The position numbers and the translations under genes are program-made. DNA of 64,000 nt from Lama glama (Eukaryota), in NCBI GenBank assembly GCA_028534125.1, contig CM052818.1:29204001-29268000 (forward strand), read 5' to 3'. Below, piece by piece: positions 13,776 to 26,043 of the stretch (position 1 is the first letter of the stretch; each line of letters begins with the position of its first letter). Below the pieces are notes generated by a model, which saw only the letters and a list, made by a program, of their open reading frames with translations, was not told the origin of the DNA and did not search any database.

Positions 13776-14554
13776 CTGGGAGCAGATGGAAAAGTAGAAT
13801 TTTCAAACAGCCTTCCCTTCTGCCCACCCTAGGCCCAGCAGTGTGTGGCTAGGAAATTCCTCGGCTACTGAGAGAAGTATCAATTGTTGATGCAGGGAAA
13901 TATGAACCAGGAAAAAGAAAGTTAGAAAAATGTACCAGGCCTGGCTATGAGTTGGACAGACTGTTCCACTCTGCTACAAAACAGAACAGCCTGCACCTCT
14001 GCCTACCTACTAGGGATGCTGAGATGTCAAATAGCATCATGTATATATAAGTATTTTGCAATTCCTGGAACTACTGCAATCCACAAATACAAGCATGTAT
14101 TGTATCAAAGTATGTAGTGTATTAAAATTTCCTAGTTGTCCTTTAAAGTTGCATTCAAGATATAACTTGAAGGTTAATCTAGGGCAGTATCAGGTAGGAA
14201 CACACTGAGGTATGAGATAGCTGTGGTTTTGGACTCTGCCACTAACCAGGAGGGTGACCTTAAGCAAATCACTCCACTTTTGGGGGCCTTGGTTTCCTTT
14301 TCTGTAAGAAAGAGGAGTTCAAATAAATAATTTTGAAGACAAACTGGTGGTTCCAAGCCTCTATGAGCTTCCATTGAATTCTTATTCTTCACAATATTTA
14401 AAATATGTTTTGCTCTTTGCTGGACATTCAGTACAAATCTCAAGGAAAATGAAACACTTACATAATGAGCCCCATTATACTTGGAACGGGTGCAGTGTTT
14501 GAGGTCAGACAGCAGTGCTTCTGTGGCTTATATCCTCTTGTTTATATGGACAAG

Positions 14555-15160
14555 TTATTGTTGGTTGCCTAATAGCAACCAGACCTTCCTAATAGACCCT
14601 AATTTTGATCAGTCTGCTCTTGCCCAAAGCAGCCCATGTGACTCAGATGGAGCTGTTTCCATGCCCAGGTCCAAGGATGGGTTCTGATCATCATAATTCC
14701 ATCCCTGTGGCTTGTGATTGGTTCAGGAACACAGAATTAAGCCAATCAATACATTGTATTCCTCTGGATACTGTTATTGGTCCAGGGATGGGCACGTGAT
14801 TTGAGATGGTCCAATCTGTCTGAAAAAGGTCTTTAATTCCATGGGGGCAGAGCTGAAGAAAGAAGTTTTTCCTATATCCAACTTTCATGAATAAGAGAGC
14901 ATAATTTTCCTGTGCTGCAGACAGCACAATCAGGAGGAAAGCCAGTTTGACGAAACAAACAAACAAACAAACAAACAAAAACCAAAAACTGATACTCAGA
15001 AGAAAAAAGAGCAACTGAGCCAGAGCTCTGATCAGACCATGCCTGGAGTTGACCCTGCCTCTGGATGTTCTGGTATGTGAGACAATCTATTTCCTTATTG
15101 TTTAAGCAATTTTAAGATTTTTTTTTAAACTTACAGCTGAAAGTGTCTTTACTTATACAG
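14555..15160 (+). mobile_element. MaLR solo LTR (MLT1J/K-like) with (AAAC)n
   Basis: tgattggttcagg, tattggtccagggatgggcacgtg, ttccttattgtttaagc...ttacagctgaaag. Confidence 0.65.
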
Positions 15161-15785
15161 CAAAGTACACTCTTATAGGGAGATCTATTCATAAGAATGA
15201 ACTGTTCTTTTTTGCTTAATAAGGAAAAATTATTGTGGTTTGGAAATAAACATGGCAGAAAAATCTGGGTTTGGGAAATGACCATTGTTTAAATTTTTTT
15301 TTTATTTCTAACAACTCAGCTATAATCTGAGGGATTTCTATACAAGGCTTATGCCCCCCCTCCAATTCCTTTGTCTCTTCCACTGTGTCAAACACAGTGC
15401 TAAGAAGAGAGCAGGTATTCAAAGACTTCATTTGAGGAAGGGAGAGAAGGAACCATTTTGGTCTTATTTGCCCTATCCCTGCCTCCCCCAGTGTGTTTCA
15501 CAATGTCTACCACATAGTAAACACCAAATACATATTTACTGAATATATAAAATTACAATATGTTAATGATATTCAAGGTATTCTTTCTGGGACACTTGCC
15601 ACCACCTCCAGCCTGTTTTTCCAAGTGGAATGGCTATTCCTTTACTATTTTATCCCTCATGTGTAACCTACTACTATCTAAGAAGAAAACTTTCCCCTAC
15701 TGAGTGACATTTGTTAGGAGCATCTTACCCCTAAATAATTTACAAATGAATTTTTCATTTAGGATTAGGATCTGATTCACTGTAC

Positions 15786-15902
15786 CTTTGAAACTTCTGA
15801 AGAAAGATGAGAATGGGTCTCTTTGAGCCGGGAAATGGAACTATGACTAAGGCCTCCCACCACTGCCATCAGGGTGTTAAAATTTTTGAGCTGAAGGAGC
15901 TT
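15786..15902 (-). CDS. RASGRP3: RASGRP3 coding exon 7 ([39 protein letters not shown])
   Basis: TTGCAG| acceptor; 117 nt; AAG|GTACAG donor; RasGEF motif [12 protein letters not shown]. Confidence 0.96.
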
Positions 15903-16294
15903 CTGCAATTAAAAAAATGTTAACTTCAATACTTTGTAACAATTTTTGAATTATTCTGATCTTTTCAAGTTACAGATGAAGTCATGTACAATTTTAATAA
16001 CCAAGATGTAGGAAAAATAATATCAATTCAAAATGAAGGACAAATGAAATCTACTAGAAAAATATATCAATCATTTCACAGAAAAATAGCTACATTAAAT
16101 GCTTCTAAAGTATGGCCAATTAAAAGCAATCTTCTTGCATGAGAGAAGTATGATTTATTCATTAGACACTTAATGGGTAGTTTAATTGGCTTTTATCTTG
16201 TGAACCCCAAATTTCCTCAATGACTCTTCTCAACAGAGTGAATGAATATCTAGAATCCTTTGAGAACCCCAGTCTAATTAACAGACATACATAC

Positions 16295-16468
16295 CTTGGC
16301 AACATTGATAAACTTTGTGATGACTTGTGCTCTTTGCTGAGGGGTTGGTTTGCTGAGAACCATCAACTGGACCCACTTAGAGATTCCATTAAATAAAGCA
16401 ATAGATCGCTCCAAGGTTGGATTGTTCTCCAGGCAGCCATGGATGACATAGCTTTGGTAATCGGTGAA
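16295..16468 (-). CDS. RASGRP3: RASGRP3 coding exon 6 ([58 protein letters not shown]), CDC25 domain
   Basis: TTCCTTTCCTAG| acceptor; 174 nt; AAG|GTATGT donor. Confidence 0.96.
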
Positions 16469-17894
16469 CTAGGAAAGGAAGATTCGGAGACTCTGAATTA
16501 TAATGGAGTCTTTGCAAAATCAGAAATTAGAATGTTGCATGGAAGAGGTGAGATAACTGTTTCCGGACAACATAATGATTTCTTTCATTTCATGTTTATA
16601 ATAGCATCTTACAAGGTTAACTATTTCTGTGCCATTAACATGTTATTCTGCTGATTTTCACTCTCCTATACAGACACACATTTATTATACACCACAGTGT
16701 TGCTGGGAGAAGGAAGAGACAAGACTCAGAGTCATATTCCAGTGAGTCCAAAATTTGCTGAGTCATAAGATCCACCTGGGGCATTTGCTAAATACTGGTT
16801 TCAGGGAACATGTCAGATCTACAGGTTCACTGTTCCTGAGGGACAACCTAAGAATCTCCATTTTTCACCAACTGCTGGTGATTCCAATGGTCAGGCAACT
16901 TTGAGATACAAGTAAGAGGAGGAAATGAATACAAATATCGTAATTTCAAGTCAGAATAAGTTTACAAAGTTTTTTCAAGAAAAAAAGAGAAAAAATAGTA
17001 ATTGGATTAAGGCCACTGTTTAGCAAAACAGACACATTTTTGGGAAGTCAGCATGGGTGTCATCAGATACATAGGAGCTTCCTATCTTATAAACAAATGG
17101 TGCAGGGGGTTCCCTCTCATGGCCTGTCTATGGAGAAAGATAAGGTCCTCTCCAAGTAGGATTATTTAGTGAAAAGAATATCTTTCAGAAATCCGTACTT
17201 CTAACCTCATGTTCTTCTTTGGCATTTTGGAAAAGAAAGAGTGACTTCCCCAGAGCTTGGTGAGACAAAGACAAAGGCTGATTGTGAACTATTGTGGAAA
17301 TAATACAGCCAGTGAATAGTGAATAGGTGGCTAGGAAGAGATCATAGTCAGGAGGAAGAAAAGGGATGAAGAGAAGGAATGCTATCAAGGCAGAGTTAAA
17401 AAGAAAAATTTAATCTAGGATCTCCATCCCTGGGAAAGAAACAACCTGATGCTGAGATTCTCCTTCTGAAAGCCTACGATTCCTATTTTCAACCTATACC
17501 CATAATTAGGCATTTATAAAAATCCCAACCTAAATAAATATTTATTCCCCCCAAATAAAGGGCCCAGCCAAACATGTTCACTTGGGAGCAGTCAATGGAG
17601 CTAAATAAAAACTTTGAATGGTTCAATCTCTGCTGAGTATTTAGAAAACCATGCTTTAATCCTATGAAAGGAGACATTGAAAATAGCGACAGAAATATAG
17701 CTCCTGAGCCATAAAATAAAGACAGGATAATATTTATCTTTGGTTAAAAGGGATTGTTCCTGTGAAGTAAGGGCGCTTTTCCAGTGGAGCACGGTGACAG
17801 AGGCTGCCAACACTTCAGAGAATGAAAACTCAGCTCTTGGGAAAGTTGGCATGGTGGTTGTTATCCTTGGAGGAAAAAATGTCCAGTTACTTAC

Positions 17895-18042
17895 TGAGAT
17901 CCTTCTAAAAGATTTATGCTCCAGAAAAGTGAGGTGCTCAGCCAATTCAATGGGCTCCAGATGGTCAAACAGCAGACAGGCTTTTCCCTTCTTGGATACT
18001 TTTTTCCTCTGTGTGACTCTTCTCATCCAATCATAGGAAGGA
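17895..18042 (-). CDS. RASGRP3: RASGRP3 coding exon 5 ([49 protein letters not shown]), includes Thr133
   Basis: TTTTATAG| acceptor; 148 nt; |GTAAGT donor; overlaps ORF 17601..18026. Confidence 0.97.
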
Positions 18043-18804
18043 CTATAAAAGAAGAGTGAGTCTGGTCAATGTGCTGAAAGCCCATTTCACTCAATGGAAG
18101 TTATTAACCTACTGACTCTGTAACTTGTGGCCTGCTTCCAGGGGCTTGTGCAGAATACATGCCCTGCCCTCCATATTTGAAGAGAAAACCACTGACCCAT
18201 TGCCAATAGAACATAAACTTCAAGTGTCTTTCCAGATAGGGTGGGTTTGCACTGATCCATCCAGAATCTCTTACTTGGCCTTTCTTGTGAAAGGTTTGGA
18301 TCAGAAGGCCGAGGTTAGGGCTAGGGATACACATTAGGGAGTTTATCAATATATAAATGGTGATTTAAGGTACATGGAGATCACCAAAAGCTGGTTCTCA
18401 TGCTTCAGCAACATATAGACTATCTGAAAAGCTTGTATAAAGACAAAGGCCTGGACCTCGCTACCAGAGATTCTGACTTACTAGGAATGAATAATCCGAA
18501 TAATCTGTATTTTAAACAGTATCCCTAATGATTCCTGGATTGCTCACCATTGATCACTCTTGAAGAAGTTTTCTAGGAAAACAGACTAGGGTGTGAATCT
18601 CTAGGACACAAGAGCATATATTTGTAATATGGATAACCATACTTAGGGACCTAAAATAGTTTTGTCTGCAAAGTTAACTAGTTGATATAAAATGCTAGCC
18701 TAATGAGCACTAAGTTCCTAACAACTGAGCTAATCAGTTCATGATACAATTAATGGTCAACATTTGTACAGCCTCAGGCTGACCTCAGAAGCACCACAAT
18801 ATAG

Positions 18805-18963
18805 AGCATCTCAGACTTGAATGAGCATATGAATCACCTGGGGATCTTATTAAACTATAGTTCCATTCAGCAGTGTAAGGTGGAGCATGAGAGTCTGCAT
18901 TTTTATTGAGCCCCCAGGTGATGCCAACACTGCTGATCCACAGAACACACTATGAGTGGCAAA
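18805..18963. mobile_element. MER5A hAT MITE
   Basis: gaatcacctggggatcttattaaa...gagtctgcattttta...ccccaggtgatgcc. Confidence 0.75.
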
Positions 18964-19287
18964 GGCATGAGACATTAGCTAGATTTAGTAACTAGGTACT
19001 GAGCATCTATCATGTTCCAAATGCTTTCAGACATAATCTTTTGTATTTATTGGATGCTTATAATAACCCCATGAGAAAAGTACCATCCCCACTTTGCAAA
19101 TAAAGAAACTGAAGCTTGGAGAGATGAACTATGTCCAGTGGGGCTGTGCTCATTGCAGCAAGCCTTTCCTCAAAGAAGCACACCTTGATGCTGAGATGGT
19201 GTGCATGGAGGTCAAGTGGGGTCATCATTACTCCCTCCCCAAAACAGTGGACTCATCTTGTTTGAAAGAAGCTTACACCACTCTTAC

Positions 19288-19419
19288 ATGCTGGATATGT
19301 CAATGAGGCTGACGTGTTTCTCATATCCCAGTTGACTAGCTACTTCCCGGAACTCCTCAGTTATACGGATCAAACCGAGGTCCAAATTAAACTCTGCAGG
19401 AAACTTCAGAATCCAGTAC
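19288..19419 (-). CDS. RASGRP3: RASGRP3 coding exon 4 (YWILKFPAEFNLDLGLIRITEEFREVASQLGYEKHVSLIDISSI)
   Basis: CCTTTCAG| acceptor; 132 nt; AT|GTAAGA donor. Confidence 0.96.
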
Positions 19420-19973
19420 CTGAAAGGCACCAAGTATTTTTGACAATCGGAAGATTTTAAGTAGACTTCTATGGAAACTATTGTTTTTACAGATTACATT
19501 TAACAACACATCCGGGACCCACAACCCAAGTTAGCGATCTTTGATCCCTCACCAATCACATTGAATCTCACTCGTCTCTCCTTCAATCAAGGACCCAAGT
19601 CCACCTCTCCCACTCTGAGCCACTCTTTCTGACTCTCTCTTTAGAACCACAGCTGAGAGAAAATTTTTCTCTCAACTCATGGCAAGTAGGTGGGAATGTG
19701 TATGGTGAGGGAGTAGACAAAAAAAAAAAGAATGTACTCTTTCTGAACGTTGGCTTCATTCTCTAATCACATTGATCACTGCTTGATTTCTAGTCAAAAA
19801 GAAAGCTAAATTCTACCCCGAAGGAACAGAGGAGGGCCAACTTAAACAAAATCAATAAAAGGGGAATTTGAGTCAATTCTATTGTCAGACTAAGTCTGTT
19901 GTTTGGGGAAAAGGAAACTGTCAACAATTCCAGAATCAGAAACTACAAGACAATTAAATTTCTAAGTATTTAC

Positions 19974-20036
19974 CTTATGAAGTAGCAGATCTTTAATCGA
20001 AATTCATCACAGCTTTCTCCACTGGCATTTCGATAC
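19974..20036 (-). CDS. RASGRP3: RASGRP3 coding exon 3 (YRNASGESCDEFRLKICYFIR)
   Basis: Acceptor TTCTTTAACTAATGTAC| (AC end); 63 nt; donor AG|GTAAAT. Confidence 0.94.
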
Positions 20037-21862
20037 GTACATTAGTTAAAGAAAAAATGCTTGTACTTAGTTTCCTTTGAACAGACCTGCAGCTGTTTGA
20101 TCTATTTAGATGAAGTTCTAATAAGAAGGCCATAGTAGGAATATTAGGGTTAAGTGGATTTTCAAATAGGGAGAGAAGTGGGTTCTGATGCCATCAGCAC
20201 TGAATAATTAGAACGATGTATTATTGCTCTGGGATGTATTTTTTTGGTTTGGAAGAGATGCCACTTAAAAAATGAGTTTCACCTTCCTGAGCACTTACCA
20301 AGTAATGACTGTCAACTGTCATTACAAATATATTACCAACTATAGATAATTTAGATTTGATAGTACACAGAGGCACCATTTTAGCCAAAAAGATTTTGTA
20401 ATATAGGATGAATGCTTTATATAAGTACTCTAATTTCGTTAGTATTTGAAAATGTTTTTTTCAGGTATGTTAATACACAGATGGGGTTGTGATTTAGTCT
20501 CAAGTCTATTTGTTCATACTCTTTTTAACTAATATTTATTGAGCTCCTGCTATATATGCCAGGACACTGTGGATATGCAGTGAGCAAGGAATCCAAAGGG
20601 CAGAAAATCTGAAGAAATGTTAATTCACAGGCAGTTTCAACTTTCGTACAATCCATACTTTCAGATATTGGGCTCTGCCTAAATGTCTCATTTTGTTTGC
20701 GTTTCATGTAACAGTGGACGTTGCTAATGATGAGAATGCTGTTTGTGGGCACATTTTTTGGACATTGTTTGAATCCTGAGGAAGGATGGGGCCAGACTGA
20801 GTCAATTCCCTCTGTCTTTCCCTATGCACTTCCCTTCAACACTGGGACCCGTGGAACTCTTGGATCACTGGGGACCCTACTCACTTCGTGGGACCTCTGT
20901 TCAGGGTGAATGTCCCCTTATCCTCTCTCACATCCTCTTCTGCCCTGAGGTTGGGGGAATGATGGAGGGAAGTAGAAAGTGGCGGAAGCATGAATTGAGC
21001 AGGTAGGAGCCCTGCTGGCCCTAATGACACTTGATGGACCCCCTCTCTCTTAGGCACACTCTGCCCGGCAAGGCTTCTTACTCACCTGTAGGACCCCTGG
21101 GCGTGAAGCAGGCAGAGACTGTAGGAACCAACATTAGTGATTATATAATAAACATTAGATCTCAGGGAATAAAACCTCCTTATAAGTGTTAGACTATTTT
21201 GTAGCCATTTTCAGTCATCTGGCTTTTAACCACCTTTTAGGACTGTACCATGTACAAAAGTGGTGGACTGCTAAAAGCCCTTATTATAAATGGGTTTCTA
21301 ATTATGTGGGTTTTTTTTTTTGCTTTTATGTCAGAAGAAAATTTAAAATTAATACTTATTGACAAATTATAATAAATCTGCTGGAATGTTCCTTGTGTCT
21401 TGCCAGTAAGGGAAGATATGAAAATTTAAGTGGTGTTTATGCCTGAGCCAGATCATACTATTTTGGCTGTCATTTCCATATGTCTAAAATGTATCCTCCA
21501 GGTCCACCATTTTTCCTTCTTGAAAGGAACAAATTAGCTCTCAAATTAGTCTTAAATACTCTTTCATTGTACTAACAACAGAAATGTTTAAGACAAGCTA
21601 GAAACATTCAGCCTACAGCTCCTGTTTCATTTTATATCTAGTGATTATTTTCAAGTGGAGCCAAAACATCCAGATGGATAGTCAACTATCTGGTCAATCA
21701 TCCAGCTGTTTTGTCTAGACATCTATATATATTCACAAAACAGCTGGATAACTGACTGAAGACTGTTTATTCATCTTAATTTATTGGCTTTGGTTAGACA
21801 CTCTATCTAAATACAGAACTTGATTTATGATTGTAAAAATTACACAGTAGTTGAAAAGATAT
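20037..21862 (-). other. U12-type (minor spliceosome) AT-AC intron
   Basis: 5' ATATCTTTT, branch point TTCTTTAAC (20053-20045), 3' AC; splicing restores Met codon AT|G and the frame. Confidence 0.92.
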
Positions 21863-21965
21863 ATGCAGAGAAGTTTTTCCGCCAGTTCAGTGGAAGATAA
21901 ATACCATCGGTGCATCAGTAGAACTATTCTTGGCAAATAACTATTATTCAGCTCTCCATTGTCAT
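21863..21965 (-). CDS. RASGRP3: RASGRP3 coding exon 2 (DDNGELNNSYLPRIVLLMHRWYLSSTELAEKLLCM), REM domain
   Basis: Acceptor TTTTTTAACAG|; 103 nt; ends at non-canonical donor AT|ATATCTTTT. Confidence 0.94.
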
Positions 21966-22152
21966 CTGTTAAAAAATAAAATAAATTAAGGGGTGAGGAG
22001 ACAACAGTATGTACTACTTTTCTCTTTTTCTAATAGCAGTAGAGAAATGTTAGTGTCAAAAATTTCTTGTTGGACTCAATTATCATTTTCCTCCTACTTT
22101 TTCTGGTATTTCCTTGCAAATTAAGTGGGTAGGTCTCACCCTTCATCTGGTT

Positions 22153-22338
22153 TAGGGTTGCCAAATTTCACAAATAAAAATACAGGACACTTAGTTAAAT
22201 TTGAATTACATAAACCACAAATAATTTTTTTAGCATAAGTGTGTCCAATGCATTACTCAGGACATACTTATACTAGATATGTAGTTTATCTGCAATTCAG
22301 ATTTAACTGATCATCCTGTATTTTATCTGGCAACCCTA
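22153..22338. mobile_element. MER53-like palindromic MITE
   Basis: Terminal inverted repeats tagggttgcca...tggcaacccta; internal arms aaaatacagga/tcctgtatttt and agttaaat/atttaact. Confidence 0.85.
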
Positions 22339-22983
22339 CTCTATCTGGTTTAACTCTTCTTATAACAACAGTTCAACAAGCAACTTCTTTGTGACTCTAT
22401 TTGTGCAAGGAATAATCCAAAATGCTGAGGTAGATACATAAACAACATGAAAAAGCATATAGCTGTACAGTCTATTGCCTAGTAGGAGATACAGGACATA
22501 CACACACATAGAGAATGCAGGAGATGGTGCTACTTATAGATATCTAAGCCAAAAGACCAAGAAATGATCACGGTGGCATATACCATGCACCATGAGAAAG
22601 TCAAAGGGCTATCGGGTGGTGGAGGACGCAATCAGCACTCCTGACAGGGGAGACTGGGAACGGTGGTATGGACATCTGAGGTGGCCTCTGAAATGAGCCT
22701 GAAGCAGAGTTGCAGTGAAGGAGAATGATCAAGGCACGAAGGTAGAAAGATGCAGGAAGTGCTCTGGGAACATCAAGTGAACAGTATGGCTGGGGTATTA
22801 GCTACGGGCACTACAGGGAAGGAATTGCAGAGGCAGTGCTAATGGGGAGACAGATTGGGGTCAATCAGTAAGGCCCTAAATACCAAAGTATGGAGACTGA
22901 ATTCTGTTCCACAGCAACACTTGCATCTGAACAAGGGGAAAGTAATAGTATCAACATGTACGAAAGGGAGAAAAGGCACGTAC

Positions 22984-23053
22984 CAAACATCTCAATGCAA
23001 GTGCTCAGCAGTTCATCTAATGTTGCCGCTTTCCCAAGTCCACTTGACCCCAT
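22984..23053 (-). CDS. RASGRP3: RASGRP3 coding exon 1 (MGSSGLGKAATLDELLSTCIEMF); full exon about 22984-23175 including 5'UTR
   Basis: ATG at 23053 in ACAACCATGG context with in-frame TAA 9 nt upstream; donor G|GTACGT; acceptor TTTCCTCCTCTTTCTTTAG| before 23175. Confidence 0.96.
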
Positions 23054-26043
23054 GGTTGTTTAGCCGTTGTCAAAAAACTAGGGACATTTTCAACATCAGA
23101 CAGACCATCTCCATAATCATGCAAGCTGGTGATGTTTGTGCCTAGTGGTGGGCTTTGTCCTGGAGTCTCAAGACTCTAAAGAAAGAGGAGGAAAAGGTTA
23201 TCAGACTAGAGTTCTGCCAACAATTAAAGCATCACTTTCCTACCTGAAAAGATAATGACTTCCACTGACTTTACATTTCTGTGAGAAAAGTATCAGAGGG
23301 GCAGGGATTGCATCGACCACCATGATGGCAGAATGCCTGCTAAGCTGTTCCTTCGCATATCTGGTGCTCTGAGAACACGGAGACATTCCCTATTAAATAC
23401 CATCCCATTTTGCAGCTGAATTTTTTTTTTGATACAACATCTTACACTCTCTTCATATAGTTAAGTGATAAAGACATTCAAGAGTACATTATTATAAACA
23501 TTACTTGGGTTAATATTATTACAAATACATAAAGGGAGATAAACTTTAAAGTGCAAGTATATTTATGAGCATTATCTTCAGTGATCATATAAGTGTTCAA
23601 CAACTGGTGAAAAAAATCTTATTTACCTAACTTCTCTAATAGTAATATTATTAGTAGTAGTGGTAAAAATATTAATAATAATCGATTAAACACCCACCTT
23701 TTGTGCCAGGCACCATAACAAATGCTATATATATATTATCCAACTTGACCTTCTTGACAATAGTGCGAGGGAGTAAATATTATTCCCAGTTTGTAGACAA
23801 GGTCATGGAATTCACAGACATTCAGCAACTGGTCCAAAACCACATTAACTATTAAGAACTAGAATCAGGACTCCATTATAAAATAAAGTTTTTTGTTTCC
23901 CTCTTTCCCTTTTATCGCTCTCCCAAGTGTGGCTAACATAAGCTGTCATAATTTTGCCCCCTAATCTAGTGTGAAGAGTATCACTCCACACCATCTCAGA
24001 AAGAGGACATGAACCAGAGAATCTGTCACAGAGGTAAAAGAAAAACGTGAGCATGACAGCTGTCTCATCTCATAGCACTGTCACGGGGAAAATGGAATTA
24101 GAAACAACCTCTCAGGGTTGTTTACACAGAAAGTAACCCTGTTGAAAACACACCATCATTTTATTTTACAGAGTAAGTCCTTAATGCCAGCTCCGTATAA
24201 GGCTTAGAGAAATTGAGAAATCATCATGATATAAGTCAGTTACCCACTTTAGGCAGTTCAGTAGGTATATGTGGGCCATTGGGAATCTCTTGAACCTAAA
24301 GTCAACGTCTATTTTACTCTCAAAGTTTATTTATTCAGCTAGTAATCATGGAGCACCTGACAATTGCTAGGCACTAGGTGAGGCATTAAGGCTGCCAAGG
24401 TGAACATAGCATTGTCTCATCCCTGCCTTCAATGAGCTCATAGTCAACTTGAGAAGGTTAACACATGAATAAATAGAAAAACACCTAATGTTCACATGTG
24501 TGGCTGTGTTAGTTTAATGGTACCACTAAAAGACTGGCATCTGAATGAGTCTGTTCACCAGCTATATAACTCTAGTGAAAACATGCTTACTGTGTATTAT
24601 TGCTGTGTAAGAGCAATATTCATGTGCTGAAGATACAAAACTCTTAAAGCATGAAAAGAATGATTATTTCACATATGCAATAAAAATAACAGATACACTG
24701 GATCAGTGCTGTCCCACTTCTGTTGCTCAAAAGATTTGTGAAAGAGAGGAATATTGAAGTTGTCTGGAACCAACACTTACATCACTTAACCAAGTTACCT
24801 TATTGGTAAGGCCTTTCCCGACCACCCTAATTTAAAACAACAGCACCTCACTCTCCACACCCTCCTCCCAACTGGCATGGCCTACCTCACTTTCTGGATT
24901 TATTTTTCCTCCTAACACTTATCCCCATCTGACACACTATATATTTTACTTGTCTATTTGTTTTTTAATCTCTCTAGCACTATAAACGTAAGCTCCATGA
25001 ACACATGGATTTTTCTGTTAGTTCTCTGGTGTACTCCCCAACTCCTAAGATTTTGCCTCTTATATAGAAGATATTCGAGAAAGCATTTGCTAAATTAATG
25101 AATGAGTGGATGGATGGATAAAGAAGTGAATAAAATACAAATTGTAAGAAGTTTTTCTTTGAATATGTATATATAATATTATGAATGTATACTATAAATT
25201 TTAAGAGGTGGTTTTTTAGTTTGTTTTACTAATTTAAATCAGCTTTCAGTAAACATCGCTGGGACAGAAGTTTTCTAGACTTTCTGCCAGCTTTCTAGAT
25301 GTGATAGGATCTGCATATACTCTAGTCATAAGAAGAATTTGGTACCTCTTCCAGGACATTTTGGGGCAGCATTTCTCTCATTTCCCTAATGTAAATTCTG
25401 TCAAACCAATTACAAGTCAGCACTGGACAACTGACAAGTTTGATTACTTCATGCCTAAACAGACATTTTTTATCTTGTTAACTCTTGTCACTGAATATTA
25501 AATGTATTACTTAGAATCAAACACCCTAGATTAACTAAACTAGTTTTTAGGTTAAAACCAAAACTATTCAACTCATCTGGGGAAGATGTTGACTTTCCAC
25601 AAGGGATTATAAATAATCTGGTACCAAAGACCTGTCACCATGTTTGGAGTTATATTTGTGATCTGCAAAGAAGCCAGTACGTGAGAGCCAGGTGGGCCAG
25701 GCTATCTGGTTATAGTCTGTTTCTGCAATTAGTAGATGTGTCTGTGTCCCTGCTTAGTATTCTGTCACCTGCACATGTACCTGAGATCTCATTTCATATG
25801 TGTGGATATTACTGTGCCTACAACTGCTTTTTCAAAAGTAAATCTTCCTTATTGTAAAGGCAATATACATTTATCATTTAAGTAAGACAATAATGAAATA
25901 GGAAAGAAAAAAAAGTTACCTAAAATTTCATCATACAAAGAACTCTTGTTAACATAATGTCATGTTACTTTTAGTTTTTCTGGCATTATTATTTTGGTGT
26001 ATTTCTTACATACAGTAATCTATAATAGTTAAGACATACTTAC

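Noticed and set aside
13425..13832. 135-aa plus-strand ORF
   Set aside because: Antisense shadow of RASGRP3 coding exon 8
17601..17894. C-terminal extension of the ORF from exon 5
   Set aside because: Intron read-through past a consensus GTAAGT donor; no recognisable protein
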